DNA of 64,000 nt, taken from a virus (taxonomy: Duplodnaviria > Caudoviricetes). The first letter of the stretch is position 1, and each line of letters opens with the position of its first letter. The stretch spans positions 1,017 to 65,016 of the IMG/VR virus record IMGVR_UViG_2838967384_000001; one strand, given 5' to 3'. The notes beneath the pieces are model-generated. The model was given only the letters and a program-made list of their open reading frames with translations, made no database searches and had not been told where the DNA came from. Shown in pieces: positions 35,785 to 45,745 of this stretch. The translations under genes were made by a program, and so were the position numbers.

Positions 35785-36129
35785 TTCCAGCTGAATAGAA
35801 CTGGCCGGCCGCGTGATCACACCGCGCCGCCCAGCAACGGAGGTGCGCCATGAAGTAGCCTCGCCCCAAACATTTTAGATAGAGCACCCAGCCGGGCGCA
35901 GACCTCCAATCTGCGCGCCAAACCGGCACCGGACGCTGTACCCGGTACCCACGCTTCACTGGCGCAACCAGTGGCCACGGATAGTCCTGCCACATGCGGG
36001 CGGTAATACAGCCCAGGCGTTCCCGTATTCCGGGTGGCTGGACTATCCGTGGTTCTGCTGAACCTGCGTTAATCCCGAAGCCACGGCAGAGGATGAGCCC
36101 GCAGGGCGGCAAGCAGCACCAGTTTCACC

Positions 36130-36217
36130 GGAAGATTGGCTGAGAGGCCGAAAGCAGCGGCTTGCTAAGCCGTACCGCCTACGGGCGGCGAAGGTTCGAA
36201 TCCTTCATCTTCCGCCA
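36130..36217 (+). tRNA. tRNA-Ser(GCT)
   Basis: GGAAGAT/ATCTTCC acceptor stem, GCGGC-TTGCTAA-GCCGT anticodon arm, long variable arm, GAAGG-TTCGAAT-CCTTC T arm, G discriminator plus CCA. Confidence 0.93.
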
Positions 36218-36221
36218 GTTT

Positions 36222-36338
36222 GCGAATGTGGCTGAGAGCCGGAACAAGCGATGCCCTATCAACGGAGTCGCCCGACTATGGCAAGGCGCCCGGGTAAAAG
36301 CCGGGATCTCGCAGGTTCGAACCCTGCCACTTGCATCA
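36222..36338 (+). tRNA. Atypical tRNA-like RNA with expanded anticodon arm
   Basis: GCGAATG/CACTTGC acceptor (one mismatch), TGGCTGAG D arm, CCCGG/CCGGG variable arm, GCAGG-TTCGAAC-CCTGC T arm; no canonical 7-nt anticodon loop; ends ATCA. Confidence 0.65.
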
Positions 36339-37388
36339 GTGTCTCCCGCCCAGCTCGCGCTGGTCGTTCGCCGCCGCACGCCAGTCGCCGGTGGCTTTTT
36401 TATTCGAGGTGGACATGAAGAAGAAGGTCGTGATCAAGAGCTCGTCGCTGCCGATGCGCTCACCTGTCGGCGCGGCCGTCTTGTACTGGTTGCTGATTGA
36501 GCATATCGGCGCGCCAGGCTGGGCGTACGGCATGCTGTGGACGCTGGTCGGCATCGGTTCCATCGCCTACCTCGTCAGCTTCTTCATGGAAGTATGTAGC
36601 GACGTGCGCGGCTTCGGCGACGATTCGCCATGAGCCTGCTCGCCGCAATGATGATCCTGTGGAGCGTCGACCGCCCCACACCGGTGCCAGCCGCTCCCGC
36701 CTCGCCGAACGCATCCTGGCCATACCGGCCGCCGGCAGCATGAGCACCGAAGCTGCCGACCGCTGGCTGATGTTCTGCTACGAGATCCTCAGCATGCAGC
36801 GCGACATCGCGCAACGCAAGATTCAAGGGCCTGGCTCCGGCAACGCCAGATAGACACGTGCAGCCGCCAGCGCACTCCAGAGGCGGCATCGAATATCTGG
36901 TGCAGTTCGCTGACGTGCAATGTCCGATAGCCTCCTACGCAGAACACTGCGGTGCTGTGTCGGAACGGGCGGCGACAACAAGGATTTCTATGAACAAGCA
37001 CCAGCATCATACCAACAACGCCGTGCTCGGCGCGCCAGCCGGCTGGAACCAGGCCGAGGTGCCTTGCAGCGCTCTCCCGATCACCCGCACCGAGTGCGAG
37101 GGCATGCCGGCCGTGGTGAGCTACTGGAAGCCGACCGCCGAGGAATTGGCTATGCTCAACGCCGGCGGCTCTGTCGCGCTGTGGGTGTGCGGCGATTCGA
37201 TGCCACCGGTTTCGCTTCAGGTCGACCCCGCGTAGACGCATGGAATTCGTCCACTTTAAGGTATTCAAGGGAACAGACGCCCAAGGTCATCCGATCAGCG
37301 CATGGTCGTTCTATGCACGCAGGACGGAATGGCGGCGCGGCTTCGTTGTAGCGCTTGGCCCATACCGCTTCGCGCTGTTCGCCAGCTG

Positions 37389-38027
37389 ATGGCAGCGAAG
37401 AAGCCCGCCGCGCCCGACCAGACCAGGCCGATGCCGCCGGAGATGTTCGCCGACCCGACAAACTGCCGCTTCGCTCCCGCGCCTGAAGTACTGCGCTGGG
37501 CCCGGGCCGAGATCCTCACCGAGGGCGGCCAGCTGCACAATCCCGACCACGAGCACCTGGAGTACGCCGACATTCAGTTCCTCTGGGCGCCGGAGGGCTT
37601 CCAGCGCAAGGGCCGCACGGTCCTTGGCTACTGTGAGGAAGTACTGTTCCGCTGTGACGCCTGGCAGAAGGGTCGCCAGCAACAGCAGATGGCTGACTGG
37701 TTTGGTATGGTGCCGCAGTTCCTGATCACCCTGGACGCTCGCCACTGCCTCGGATGCAGCGACGTCGAGTTCTGCGCACTGGTGGACCACGAGCTATACC
37801 ACATCGCACAAGAGCTTGACGAGTTCGGCAGCCCAAAATTCAACAAGTACGGACAGCCGGCCCTGTGCATGCGCGGACACGATTGCGAGGAGTTTATCGG
37901 CGTGGTCCGCCGCTACGGTCCGGGCGAAGACGTGCAGCGCCTGATCGATGCCGCCAGCAAGGCGCCGGAGGTAGCGAAACTCAACATTGCGAGGGCTTGC
38001 GGGACGTGTCTGCTGAAGGTGGCGTGA
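37389..38027 (+). CDS. Phage putative metallopeptidase
   Basis: ALVDHELYHI and GHDCEEFIGVVRRYG. Confidence 0.8.
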   Translation: MAAKKPAAPDQTRPMPPEMFADPTNCRFAPAPEVLRWARAEILTEGGQLHNPDHEHLEYADIQFLWAPEGFQRKGRTVLGYCEEVLFRCDAWQKGRQQQQMADWFGMVPQFLITLDARHCLGCSDVEFCALVDHELYHIAQELDEFGSPKFNKYGQPALCMRGHDCEEFIGVVRRYGPGEDVQRLIDAASKAPEVAKLNIARACGTCLLKVA

Positions 38028-38058
38028 CTTTGACAGCCCTTTGACGGATAAATAACCT

Positions 38059-38538
38059 ATGGCCGCACTCAAAGACGAGGTGAAAGCCTTCATCGTGCAG
38101 GCCTTGGCGTGCTTCGATAAGCCAACCCAGGTGGCGGATCAGGTCAAAGTCCAATTCAAACTCGTTGTCTCCCGTCAACAGGTCGAAGCATACGATCCGA
38201 CGAAGTATGTCGGCCGCTCCCTGAATATCAAGTGGCGCACCTTGTTTGAGGACACCCGAAAGCGCTTCCGAGAGGATACCGCTGACATCGGCCTTGCCAG
38301 TCGAGCCGGTCGTCTTCGTGCGCTTGATCGCATGGCAGGTAAGGCTGAGGACAAGGGAAATATTCCGCTAGCCGTCCAGATCATCAAGCAACTAGCCGAA
38401 GAAGTAGGCGACGTCTACGTGAATCGCCGCCTCGATGCGCCAAAAGCGCCGGTCGGCACGCAAGAGGGTGGCATTCCTGCTGAGCCCGAATATGTGCTGA
38501 AGCCAGACGAAGATGTCCCAGATCAGCCCGTACTCTGA
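38059..38538 (+). CDS. DUF2280 protein (probable terminase small subunit)
   Basis: MAALKDEVKAFIVQALACFD...SRQQVEAYDPTK; precedes terL. Confidence 0.8.
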   Translation: MAALKDEVKAFIVQALACFDKPTQVADQVKVQFKLVVSRQQVEAYDPTKYVGRSLNIKWRTLFEDTRKRFREDTADIGLASRAGRLRALDRMAGKAEDKGNIPLAVQIIKQLAEEVGDVYVNRRLDAPKAPVGTQEGGIPAEPEYVLKPDEDVPDQPVL

Positions 38539-39838
38539 TCCGCCGATCGCGCTGACGCCGAAGCAGGCGAACATCTACTGCTGGGGCTGGCAGAAAAAGG
38601 CGCGCTTCCGCGACGCGGTTTGCGGCCGTCGCTTCGGTAAAACGTTCCTGGGTAAGGCTGAGATTCGCCGTGCTGTTCGCTTGGCTGCGAAGTGGGGCGT
38701 CAGCGTTGAAGACGAGATCTGGTATTGCGCGCCGACGTTCAAGCAGGCCAAGCGCGTGTTCTGGCGCCGCCTCAAGCAGGCGATCCCGGCCAGCTGGCGC
38801 GCGAGCAAGCCGAACGAGACCGAGTGCTCGATCACCACCAAGGCCGGCCACGTCGTCCGCATCGTCGGCCTGGACGCTTACGACAACCTGCGTGGCTCCG
38901 GCCTGTTCTTCGCGCTGGTCGATGAATGGGCGGATTGCCCGTATGCGGCCTGGGAAGAAGTGCTGCGCCCGATGCTGTCCACCTGCAAGTTCACCATAGA
39001 CGGTGAGCAGCGGGTCGGCGGCCACGCGCTGCGCATCGGCACGCCGAAGGGCTTCAACCACTGTTACGACAGCTACCTGGACGGTCAGGGGCGCGAGCCG
39101 GACCACAAGAGCTGGCTGTACACCTCGGTGGACGGCGGCAACGTGCCGGCGGAAGAGATCGAGGCTGCGCGCCGGAAGATGGATCCGCGCACGTTCCGCC
39201 AGGAGTATCTGGCGAGCTTCGAGAACTACCAGGGCGTCATCTACTACTGCTTCGACCGCAGGCTGAACCACACGAACGACACCGTGCAGCCGGCGCGCAA
39301 CGGGCAGCCGGCCGACGCACTGCACATCGGCATGGACTTCAACGTTTCGCACATGGCTGCCGTGGTCCACGTGATCCGCGACGGGCTGCCGCGCGCAGTA
39401 GATGAGCTGGTCGAGGTGTTCGACACCCCGGCCATGATCGTGAAGATCAAGGCGCGCTTCGTCGGGCACCACATCACGGTCTATCCAGATGCCTCCGGCC
39501 AGAACCGCAAGACCAGCGGCGCCAGCGAGTCCGACCTGTCGCTGCTGCGCGCCGCCGGCTTCACCGTGGTGGTGGACAGCACCAACCCTGGCGTGACCGA
39601 CCGAATCAACAGCATGAACGCGATGCTGTGCAACACCTACGGCGAGCGCCGGTTCTTGGTCAACACCGACAAGTGCCAGAAATACACGACTTGCCTTGAG
39701 CGTCAGATTTACGACGATAAGGGAAAACCCGACAAGAAGGGTGGCTTCGACCACGCAAACGATGCAGGCGGCTACTTCATCACGAAGCGCTGGCCAATCG
39801 TCAAACGCACCGCATCCTCGGGCGCGCTCAGAATTTAA
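38513..39838 (+). CDS. terL: Terminase large subunit
   Basis: CGRRFGKT Walker A, LVDE Walker B, IGTPKG, IGMDFN, DHANDAGGY. Confidence 0.95.
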   Translation: MSQISPYSDPPIALTPKQANIYCWGWQKKARFRDAVCGRRFGKTFLGKAEIRRAVRLAAKWGVSVEDEIWYCAPTFKQAKRVFWRRLKQAIPASWRASKPNETECSITTKAGHVVRIVGLDAYDNLRGSGLFFALVDEWADCPYAAWEEVLRPMLSTCKFTIDGEQRVGGHALRIGTPKGFNHCYDSYLDGQGREPDHKSWLYTSVDGGNVPAEEIEAARRKMDPRTFRQEYLASFENYQGVIYYCFDRRLNHTNDTVQPARNGQPADALHIGMDFNVSHMAAVVHVIRDGLPRAVDELVEVFDTPAMIVKIKARFVGHHITVYPDASGQNRKTSGASESDLSLLRAAGFTVVVDSTNPGVTDRINSMNAMLCNTYGERRFLVNTDKCQKYTTCLERQIYDDKGKPDKKGGFDHANDAGGYFITKRWPIVKRTASSGALRI

Positions 39839-39850
39839 AGCAAGGAAACC

Positions 39851-41314
39851 ATGGCCAAGGTCAACGAAGTCTCAGCAGCGATCGCCGCCATGCAGCCGGA
39901 TTGGGCCAAGATCGACGCCCTGTGCGGCGGTACGAAGGCGATGCGCGCGGCCAAGGAGACCTACCTGCCGAAGTTCCCGGCCGAGGACCAGGAGAGCTAC
40001 GACTACCGCGTCAAGACCTCGACGCTGTACAACGCGTTGGGTCGCACGCTGGAGAACATGGCCGCCAAGCCGTTTGCCGAGGCGATCACCTTCACCGATC
40101 TGGATCCGGTCGCTGAAGAGTGGCTCGAAGACATCGACCAGTGCGGCAACAACGTCACGGTGTTCGCGCACAGCGTGTTCACCGAGGGCCTGGCCAAGGG
40201 CATGACGCATATCCTGGTGGAAGTACCGCGGACTGTGGACGAGAACGGCAACCTGCTATACCCGACCAAGGCGGCCGAGGATGCCGCTGGCGTGCGGCCG
40301 TATTGGGTGCACATCAAGCCTGGTCAGATCATCGATGCGATTCCGATGAAGGGGCCGGGCGGTGCGCAGGTCATCGGCCAGGTGCGCTTCATGGAATGCA
40401 TCGAAGAGCCCCCTGCCGAGGGTGAGTTCGGCTCGACCAGCGTCCAGCAAATCCGCGTGCTGGAGCCTGGCCGCTGGGCGACGTACCGCAAGGGCACTGG
40501 CACGCAGAAGGATACCTGGCTGCTGCACGACGAGGGTGTCACGTCGCTCGACTTCGTGCCGATGGTTACCTTCTACACGAAGCGGACCGGGTTCATGACT
40601 GCCGAGCCGCCGCTGCTGAACCTGGCCGACCTGAACATCAAGCACTGGCAGTCGTCGAGCGATCAGGACAGCATCCTGCACACTGCGCGCGTACCGCTCC
40701 TGGCGATCAGCGGCATGCAGGACGACGACAAGGTCGAGATAGGCGCGAAGTCGTTCCTGCGCCTGCCAACCGGGGCTGAGGCGAAGTATGTCGAGCACAC
40801 TGGTGCCGCTATCGAGGCCGGCCGACTGTCGCTGGAGGATCTGAAGTCCGAAATGTCGTCGATGGGCGCCGAGCTGCTGAAGCCGAGCCTGGTCGCGGCC
40901 ACGGCTACCCAGAGCAACATCGAGGACGGCGATTCGAAGTGTCAGTTGTCGCGCATGGTGCAGACCTTGGAGGACACGCTCGACAACGCGATGGACATTT
41001 CGTACAAGTTCAAGAATATGGAGTACAAGGGCGACCTGGACATCTTTGACGACTTCGCCTCCGACTCGTTGCTAGCCACGGCCGGACCGTTCATGATCGC
41101 CTTGCAGCAGATCGTGAACAATCGCATGCTAGACCGGAAGACAGCGTTCGAGGAATTGCAGCGGTATGGAATCCTGAACCCAGATCTGAATTGGGAAGAT
41201 ATTCAGGGCCAGATCGAGCTGGAAGGCCCTGAGTTCGATGTATCGATGCCTGGCGCTGCCACTCCAGCGCCGGCACCGTCGCCAACTCCGGCGCCAGCCC
41301 CAGCGACTGAATAA
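39851..41314 (+). CDS. Portal protein (DUF4055 family)
   Basis: GGTKAMR..YLPKFPAE, PPLLNLADLNIKHWQSSSDQ; follows terL. Confidence 0.88.
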   Translation: MAKVNEVSAAIAAMQPDWAKIDALCGGTKAMRAAKETYLPKFPAEDQESYDYRVKTSTLYNALGRTLENMAAKPFAEAITFTDLDPVAEEWLEDIDQCGNNVTVFAHSVFTEGLAKGMTHILVEVPRTVDENGNLLYPTKAAEDAAGVRPYWVHIKPGQIIDAIPMKGPGGAQVIGQVRFMECIEEPPAEGEFGSTSVQQIRVLEPGRWATYRKGTGTQKDTWLLHDEGVTSLDFVPMVTFYTKRTGFMTAEPPLLNLADLNIKHWQSSSDQDSILHTARVPLLAISGMQDDDKVEIGAKSFLRLPTGAEAKYVEHTGAAIEAGRLSLEDLKSEMSSMGAELLKPSLVAATATQSNIEDGDSKCQLSRMVQTLEDTLDNAMDISYKFKNMEYKGDLDIFDDFASDSLLATAGPFMIALQQIVNNRMLDRKTAFEELQRYGILNPDLNWEDIQGQIELEGPEFDVSMPGAATPAPAPSPTPAPAPATE

Positions 41315-42459
41315 TGAGCGCCCTCGAAGAGTGGCTGCTTGAAGCGCTGCTCGGCAACGGCATCAAGATGCTGCGCGTCGAGGCCGAGATCAAGGCCAAG
41401 GTGCTGGCCCTGCTGATCTTGATGCAGAAAGACCTGGTCGGAGCGCTGGCCAACGCCGGTGAGCTGTCCGAGATGGGCAAGGCCGCCAAGGCTACCGTGC
41501 TGCGCGAGTCCAACGCGCTGATCGCTGACTACTATGGCCGCGCCCAGTTACAGGTCGACCTGTATGGCATCGCCGAGGTCGAATCGCTGGGCGTGAAGAA
41601 GGCGCTGGCCAGCGTGATCGAACGCGCGGCTGGGCCGGCGGGCGCCGAGGTGCGGCTGGGTATCGGCATTCCTAGCGAGGGCTACCTGCGTAAGCTGGCC
41701 AGCGACGTGCTGATCCAGGGCGCGCCGTCGAAGCAATGGTGGTTGCGCCAGCAGCTGGACACGCAGTTCAAGGTCGCGAACGAGATCCGTATCGGCGCCG
41801 CCCAGGGCGAGACGAACGCGCAGATCATCAAGCGCATCGTCGGCCAGGAGGTGACGGTCAAGCCGGCCGTGCCGACCGCCAAGGGCCCGGCCCCGGCGCC
41901 GGAGATTGTGCCAGGCGTCCCAGGTGTGATGCCGCTGGCGCGCAAGAACGCCGCCGCCATCGTGCAGACGAGCATGGCGACTGTTTCCGCCGCCGCGCGC
42001 CGGGCCACGCTGGAGCTGAACAAGGACATCACCAACGGCATCATGCAGGTGTCGACTCTGGACAGCCACACCAGCGACGTCTGCATCGCCTACAGCGGCG
42101 CATGCTGGGATTGGGACTATCAGCCGATCAACGGCAACGACCTGCCGTGGAATGGCGGCGTGCCGCGGCACTGGAATTGCCGATCGATCGAGATCGCGAT
42201 CATGAAGACGCTGCGCCAGATGGGCATCGACATGGATGAACCTGATCCGGGTAGCCGTGCTTCGGCGCGAGGCCAGATCAGCGCCAAGACGACGTTCGGC
42301 GACTTCCTGAAGATGATGGGCCCTGCCTATCAGGACGAGACGCTGGGCAAGGGGAGGGCAGAGCTCTTCCGCGCTGGCAAGCTGACGCCCCGCGACCTGG
42401 TGAACATGGATGGCCGCCCGATGAAGCTGTCGGAACTCAAGGAGCTGCACTCGAACTGA
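41314..42459 (+). CDS. Head morphogenesis protein (SPP1 gp7 / Mu F-like)
   Basis: STLDSHTSDVC...PRHWNCRS...QDETLGKGRAELFRAG. Confidence 0.85.
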   Translation: MSALEEWLLEALLGNGIKMLRVEAEIKAKVLALLILMQKDLVGALANAGELSEMGKAAKATVLRESNALIADYYGRAQLQVDLYGIAEVESLGVKKALASVIERAAGPAGAEVRLGIGIPSEGYLRKLASDVLIQGAPSKQWWLRQQLDTQFKVANEIRIGAAQGETNAQIIKRIVGQEVTVKPAVPTAKGPAPAPEIVPGVPGVMPLARKNAAAIVQTSMATVSAAARRATLELNKDITNGIMQVSTLDSHTSDVCIAYSGACWDWDYQPINGNDLPWNGGVPRHWNCRSIEIAIMKTLRQMGIDMDEPDPGSRASARGQISAKTTFGDFLKMMGPAYQDETLGKGRAELFRAGKLTPRDLVNMDGRPMKLSELKELHSN

Positions 42460-42705
42460 TGTAGAATCGCCGGATGACCTTCGATCCGAAATCCCTGCTG
42501 ACCGCGCCGATGGTCGACCTTGACGTCGACGGGCTGCATGCTGCCCTCGGCAAGCTGCGCGAAAACGGCTTCGGCGGCATGTCCGTGAAGCTGCCCGGCG
42601 GCGCGCCGGTACGCAAGCTGAACCTGGCCGCACACGGCGAGCAGCCGGCGCACTTCGTGCTAAGTGACGGGCAACCGCCGCCTGGATTCCAGGCCAGCAT
42701 CAAAT

Positions 42706-42770
42706 AACCCGCTCCGGCGGGTTTTTTTACGCCCACAGATTCACCAGACCGCCCTCGAGGCGGTTTTTTT
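42706..42770 (+). terminator. Tandem intrinsic terminators
   Basis: ACCCGC/GCGGGT and ACCGCC/GGCGGT hairpins, each with a T-tract. Confidence 0.7.
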
Positions 42771-42844
42771 ATGCCGCTAGCGGACGCGACGCGGTGCACG
42801 GCCGGAAGGCCATTCGATAGGGCGGATGCCCGGAAAGTCAGACC

Positions 42845-43657
42845 ATGCCATTCAAATTCAACGCCGACGGCACCATTGCGGTGGATGCCGAGAAGAAGAT
42901 GCCCATCTTCATCCATGCAAACGGTACCGAGGCTCCATTCGACGCCGACACCACCGTCGCCAACATCAGCAAGTTGAACGGCGAGGCCAAAGGGCATCGC
43001 GAGCGCGCCGAGGCGGCGGAGGCGAAGCTGAAGACCTTCGATGGCATTGAAGACGGCGTGGCAGCACTGGCCGCACTGAACACCGTAAAGAGCCTGAGCG
43101 TCGGCGACTTGAAGACAGCTGCCCAGGTCAAGGAAATCCAGGATGCGGCAGCCAAGACCGCGCAGGAGCAAGTGGCCGCCCAGGCCAAGGCCAGCGCGCA
43201 GCAGCTGCAAGAGCTGACCAGCACGCTGGATAAACGTACGGCCGAACTGAACAATCACATGATCGGCGGCGGATTCGCCAGCTCGAAGCTGTTCAACAAG
43301 GACGCGAAGCACCCTAGCCAACTCCATATTCCGCCTGAAATGGCGAAGGCTTATTTTGGCAATAATTTCAAGGTCGAGGACGGCAAGGTCGTACCTTACG
43401 ACGCGAATGGCAGCAAGATTTTTTCGCCAACTCGCCCAGGTGAGATCGCCGACTTCGATGAAGGACTGACACAACTGGTCGCCGCTTGCCCATTCAAGGA
43501 CCAGATCCTGGCGAGTTCCGGCGCATCCGGCGGTGGCGCATCTGGCGGTGGTGGTGGCGCCGGCGGCAAGAAGGAAATGGGCCGCACCGCATTCTTTGCC
43601 ATGGACCCAGCTGGCCAGGCCGCTGCCATCAAGGCCGGCACCGTCGTCACCGACTAA
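42845..43657 (+). CDS. Capsid scaffolding protein (DUF6651-like)
   Basis: LNGEAKGHRE, FGNNFKVEDGK, RPGEIADFDE, Gly-rich C-terminus. Confidence 0.8.
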   Translation: MPFKFNADGTIAVDAEKKMPIFIHANGTEAPFDADTTVANISKLNGEAKGHRERAEAAEAKLKTFDGIEDGVAALAALNTVKSLSVGDLKTAAQVKEIQDAAAKTAQEQVAAQAKASAQQLQELTSTLDKRTAELNNHMIGGGFASSKLFNKDAKHPSQLHIPPEMAKAYFGNNFKVEDGKVVPYDANGSKIFSPTRPGEIADFDEGLTQLVAACPFKDQILASSGASGGGASGGGGGAGGKKEMGRTAFFAMDPAGQAAAIKAGTVVTD

Positions 43658-43805
43658 GCAACACGTAACACTGCAACACGAATACCCGGCCCGCCTTGCG
43701 CGGGCTTTTCTTTGCCTGATCGATGGATGTCGAGAGGGTGCTTTGGGCTGGATGGCCTTTCTGTTCTGCAAAACCAAATCACCAACTCACCCGAAAGGCA
43801 ATCCC

Positions 43806-45176
43806 ATGAAGAAGTCCATTCTGCTGTCCATCGCTGCTGTGTGCGCGATGGCGCTGTCCTCGGTCGCCTTGGCGGCCACCACCACGGCCCATAAGGCAAT
43901 CGACGTCGTCACTGCCGTTCCTGCAAAACTGGAGATCGGTGCCCGCGTCGTCGCTGAGCTGGCGTATCGCTACCTATGGAACTATTCGGCCAGCACCGGC
44001 GTTATGTTGGGCGCCAACACGCTGACCGGCCTGATCCCAACGATCTACGAAGCGCTGGACGTCGTATCCCGCGAGATGGTGGGCTTTATCCCGGCCGTGT
44101 CGCGCAACTCCAGCGCCGAGCGCGCCGCGTTGAACCAGACCATTCTGGTGCCGATCACCCCTGCGACCACGCTGGCGGATAATACCGCCGCTGTGACCGC
44201 GCCGAACACCGGCGACCAGATCATCACCAACGTGGCGATGACCATCAGTAAGTCGAAGCACGCTCCGATCCGCTGGAATGGCGAAGAGCAGCGCGGCATG
44301 TTGAATGCTGGTACCTACGGCGCCGTCCTGGCTGGCCAGTTCCAGCAGGCATTCCGCACGCTGATCAACCAGATCGAGATCGATCTGTACACCACCGCCT
44401 ACCAAGGCGCCTCCCGTGGCTACGGCACCGCCGGCACTGCACCGTTCGGCACTTCCGGTGACCTGTCCGACATCGCCCAGGTTCGCAAGATCCTGGACGA
44501 CAATGGCGCCCCACAAACCGACCTGCAGCTGGTGCTGGGTACTTCTGCCATCGCCAACCTGCGCGGTAAGCAAAGCGTCCTGTTCAAGGTGAACGAGGCC
44601 GGCTCCGACCAGCTGCTGCGCCAAGGCATCATCGGCCGCCTGGAAGGCTTCGACGTGCACAACTCGGCCGGCGTCACCGCCGTGACCAAAGGCACCGGCG
44701 CGTCGTACACCACGAACACCGCAGGCTATGCAGTCGGCGCCACCGCGATCACCCTGATCACCGGTACCGGCACCGCGCTGGCTGGTGACTACGTGACCTT
44801 CGCGGGTGACACCAATCAATATGCGGTCGCCACCGGCGTCGCGGCACCTGGCGTGATCACGCTGGCAGCGCCTGGCCTGTTGCAAGCCATCCCCGCGTCG
44901 GCAACCGCCATGACCGTGGCCAACACCGGCACCAACAACATGGCGTTCTCGAAATCGGCCATCCAGCTGATCACTCGCTCGCCAGCGATGCCGATTGGTC
45001 CGGACGGCAAGCCAATGGATATGGCCGACGACGTGATCACCGTGACCGATCCGATTTCGGGCATCTCGTTCGATGTCGCTGTGTATCGCCAGTTTATGCA
45101 GCTGGTGTACCACGTGCGTCTGGCCTGGGGCTACCAAGCCATCAAGTCGAACCACATCGCCTCGCTGCGCGGCTAA
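43806..45176 (+). CDS. Major capsid protein (P22 coat-like) with N-terminal extension
   Basis: ANTLTGLIPTIYEALDVVSRE core begins about 44013; AAAGG RBS before ATG 43806; alternative start 44004. Confidence 0.85.
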   Translation: MKKSILLSIAAVCAMALSSVALAATTTAHKAIDVVTAVPAKLEIGARVVAELAYRYLWNYSASTGVMLGANTLTGLIPTIYEALDVVSREMVGFIPAVSRNSSAERAALNQTILVPITPATTLADNTAAVTAPNTGDQIITNVAMTISKSKHAPIRWNGEEQRGMLNAGTYGAVLAGQFQQAFRTLINQIEIDLYTTAYQGASRGYGTAGTAPFGTSGDLSDIAQVRKILDDNGAPQTDLQLVLGTSAIANLRGKQSVLFKVNEAGSDQLLRQGIIGRLEGFDVHNSAGVTAVTKGTGASYTTNTAGYAVGATAITLITGTGTALAGDYVTFAGDTNQYAVATGVAAPGVITLAAPGLLQAIPASATAMTVANTGTNNMAFSKSAIQLITRSPAMPIGPDGKPMDMADDVITVTDPISGISFDVAVYRQFMQLVYHVRLAWGYQAIKSNHIASLRG

Positions 45177-45239
45177 TCGGCCGATCAGTCCCGCCAACAT
45201 GTGGAGGGCCTCGGCTCTCCGCATCCCTGCGAGATCACC

Positions 45240-45677
45240 ATGCAAATCCAAACCATCCGCATTTCCGCCGAAGCGAGCGCCGACAACGAGCTGGGCTTCA
45301 TCACCATCAACCTGTCCGACTTCGACAGCGCCAAGCACGAGCCGTTCGACGGCGAAGCGCGCGCCGCGCTGGCCGGCGCCGTCACCTCCGGCGAGATCGT
45401 TCCGTCCATGACCGAACTGCTGGCCGCCCGTGATCAGCTGCAAGCCCGCGCCCGTGAACTGGACGCTGAACGTGACCGTCTGGCCGAGCAGGCTGCTGCC
45501 AACGAAGCCGAGGCACAACGTCTGGCCGCTGCTGCCGCTGCCGCCACTGCACCTGCTATTCCTGCCGAAATCGCTGCCATGACCAAGGAGCAGCTGCAAG
45601 CCGCGCTGACCGAGAAGGGCATCGCGTTCCCGGCCGCCGCCAACAAAGCCGACCTGCAAGCGCTGCTGACCGCGTAA
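45240..45677 (+). CDS. Head-associated protein with HeH/LEM-like C-terminus
   Basis: MTKEQLQAALTEKGIAFPAAANKADLQALL. Confidence 0.65.
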   Translation: MQIQTIRISAEASADNELGFITINLSDFDSAKHEPFDGEARAALAGAVTSGEIVPSMTELLAARDQLQARARELDAERDRLAEQAAANEAEAQRLAAAAAAATAPAIPAEIAAMTKEQLQAALTEKGIAFPAAANKADLQALLTA

Positions 45678-45745
45678 GCAAAGCTCAGCCTCACCTACCA
45701 GCCCGCCGTGTGCGGGCTTTTTACGCCCCTACGCCGAGAGAACCC

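Noticed and set aside
36060-36110. Twister ribozyme (TAA...GAG between CTGCG/CGCAG)
   Set aside because: The P4 and pseudoknot elements could not be identified by eye; kept only as a generic structured RNA.
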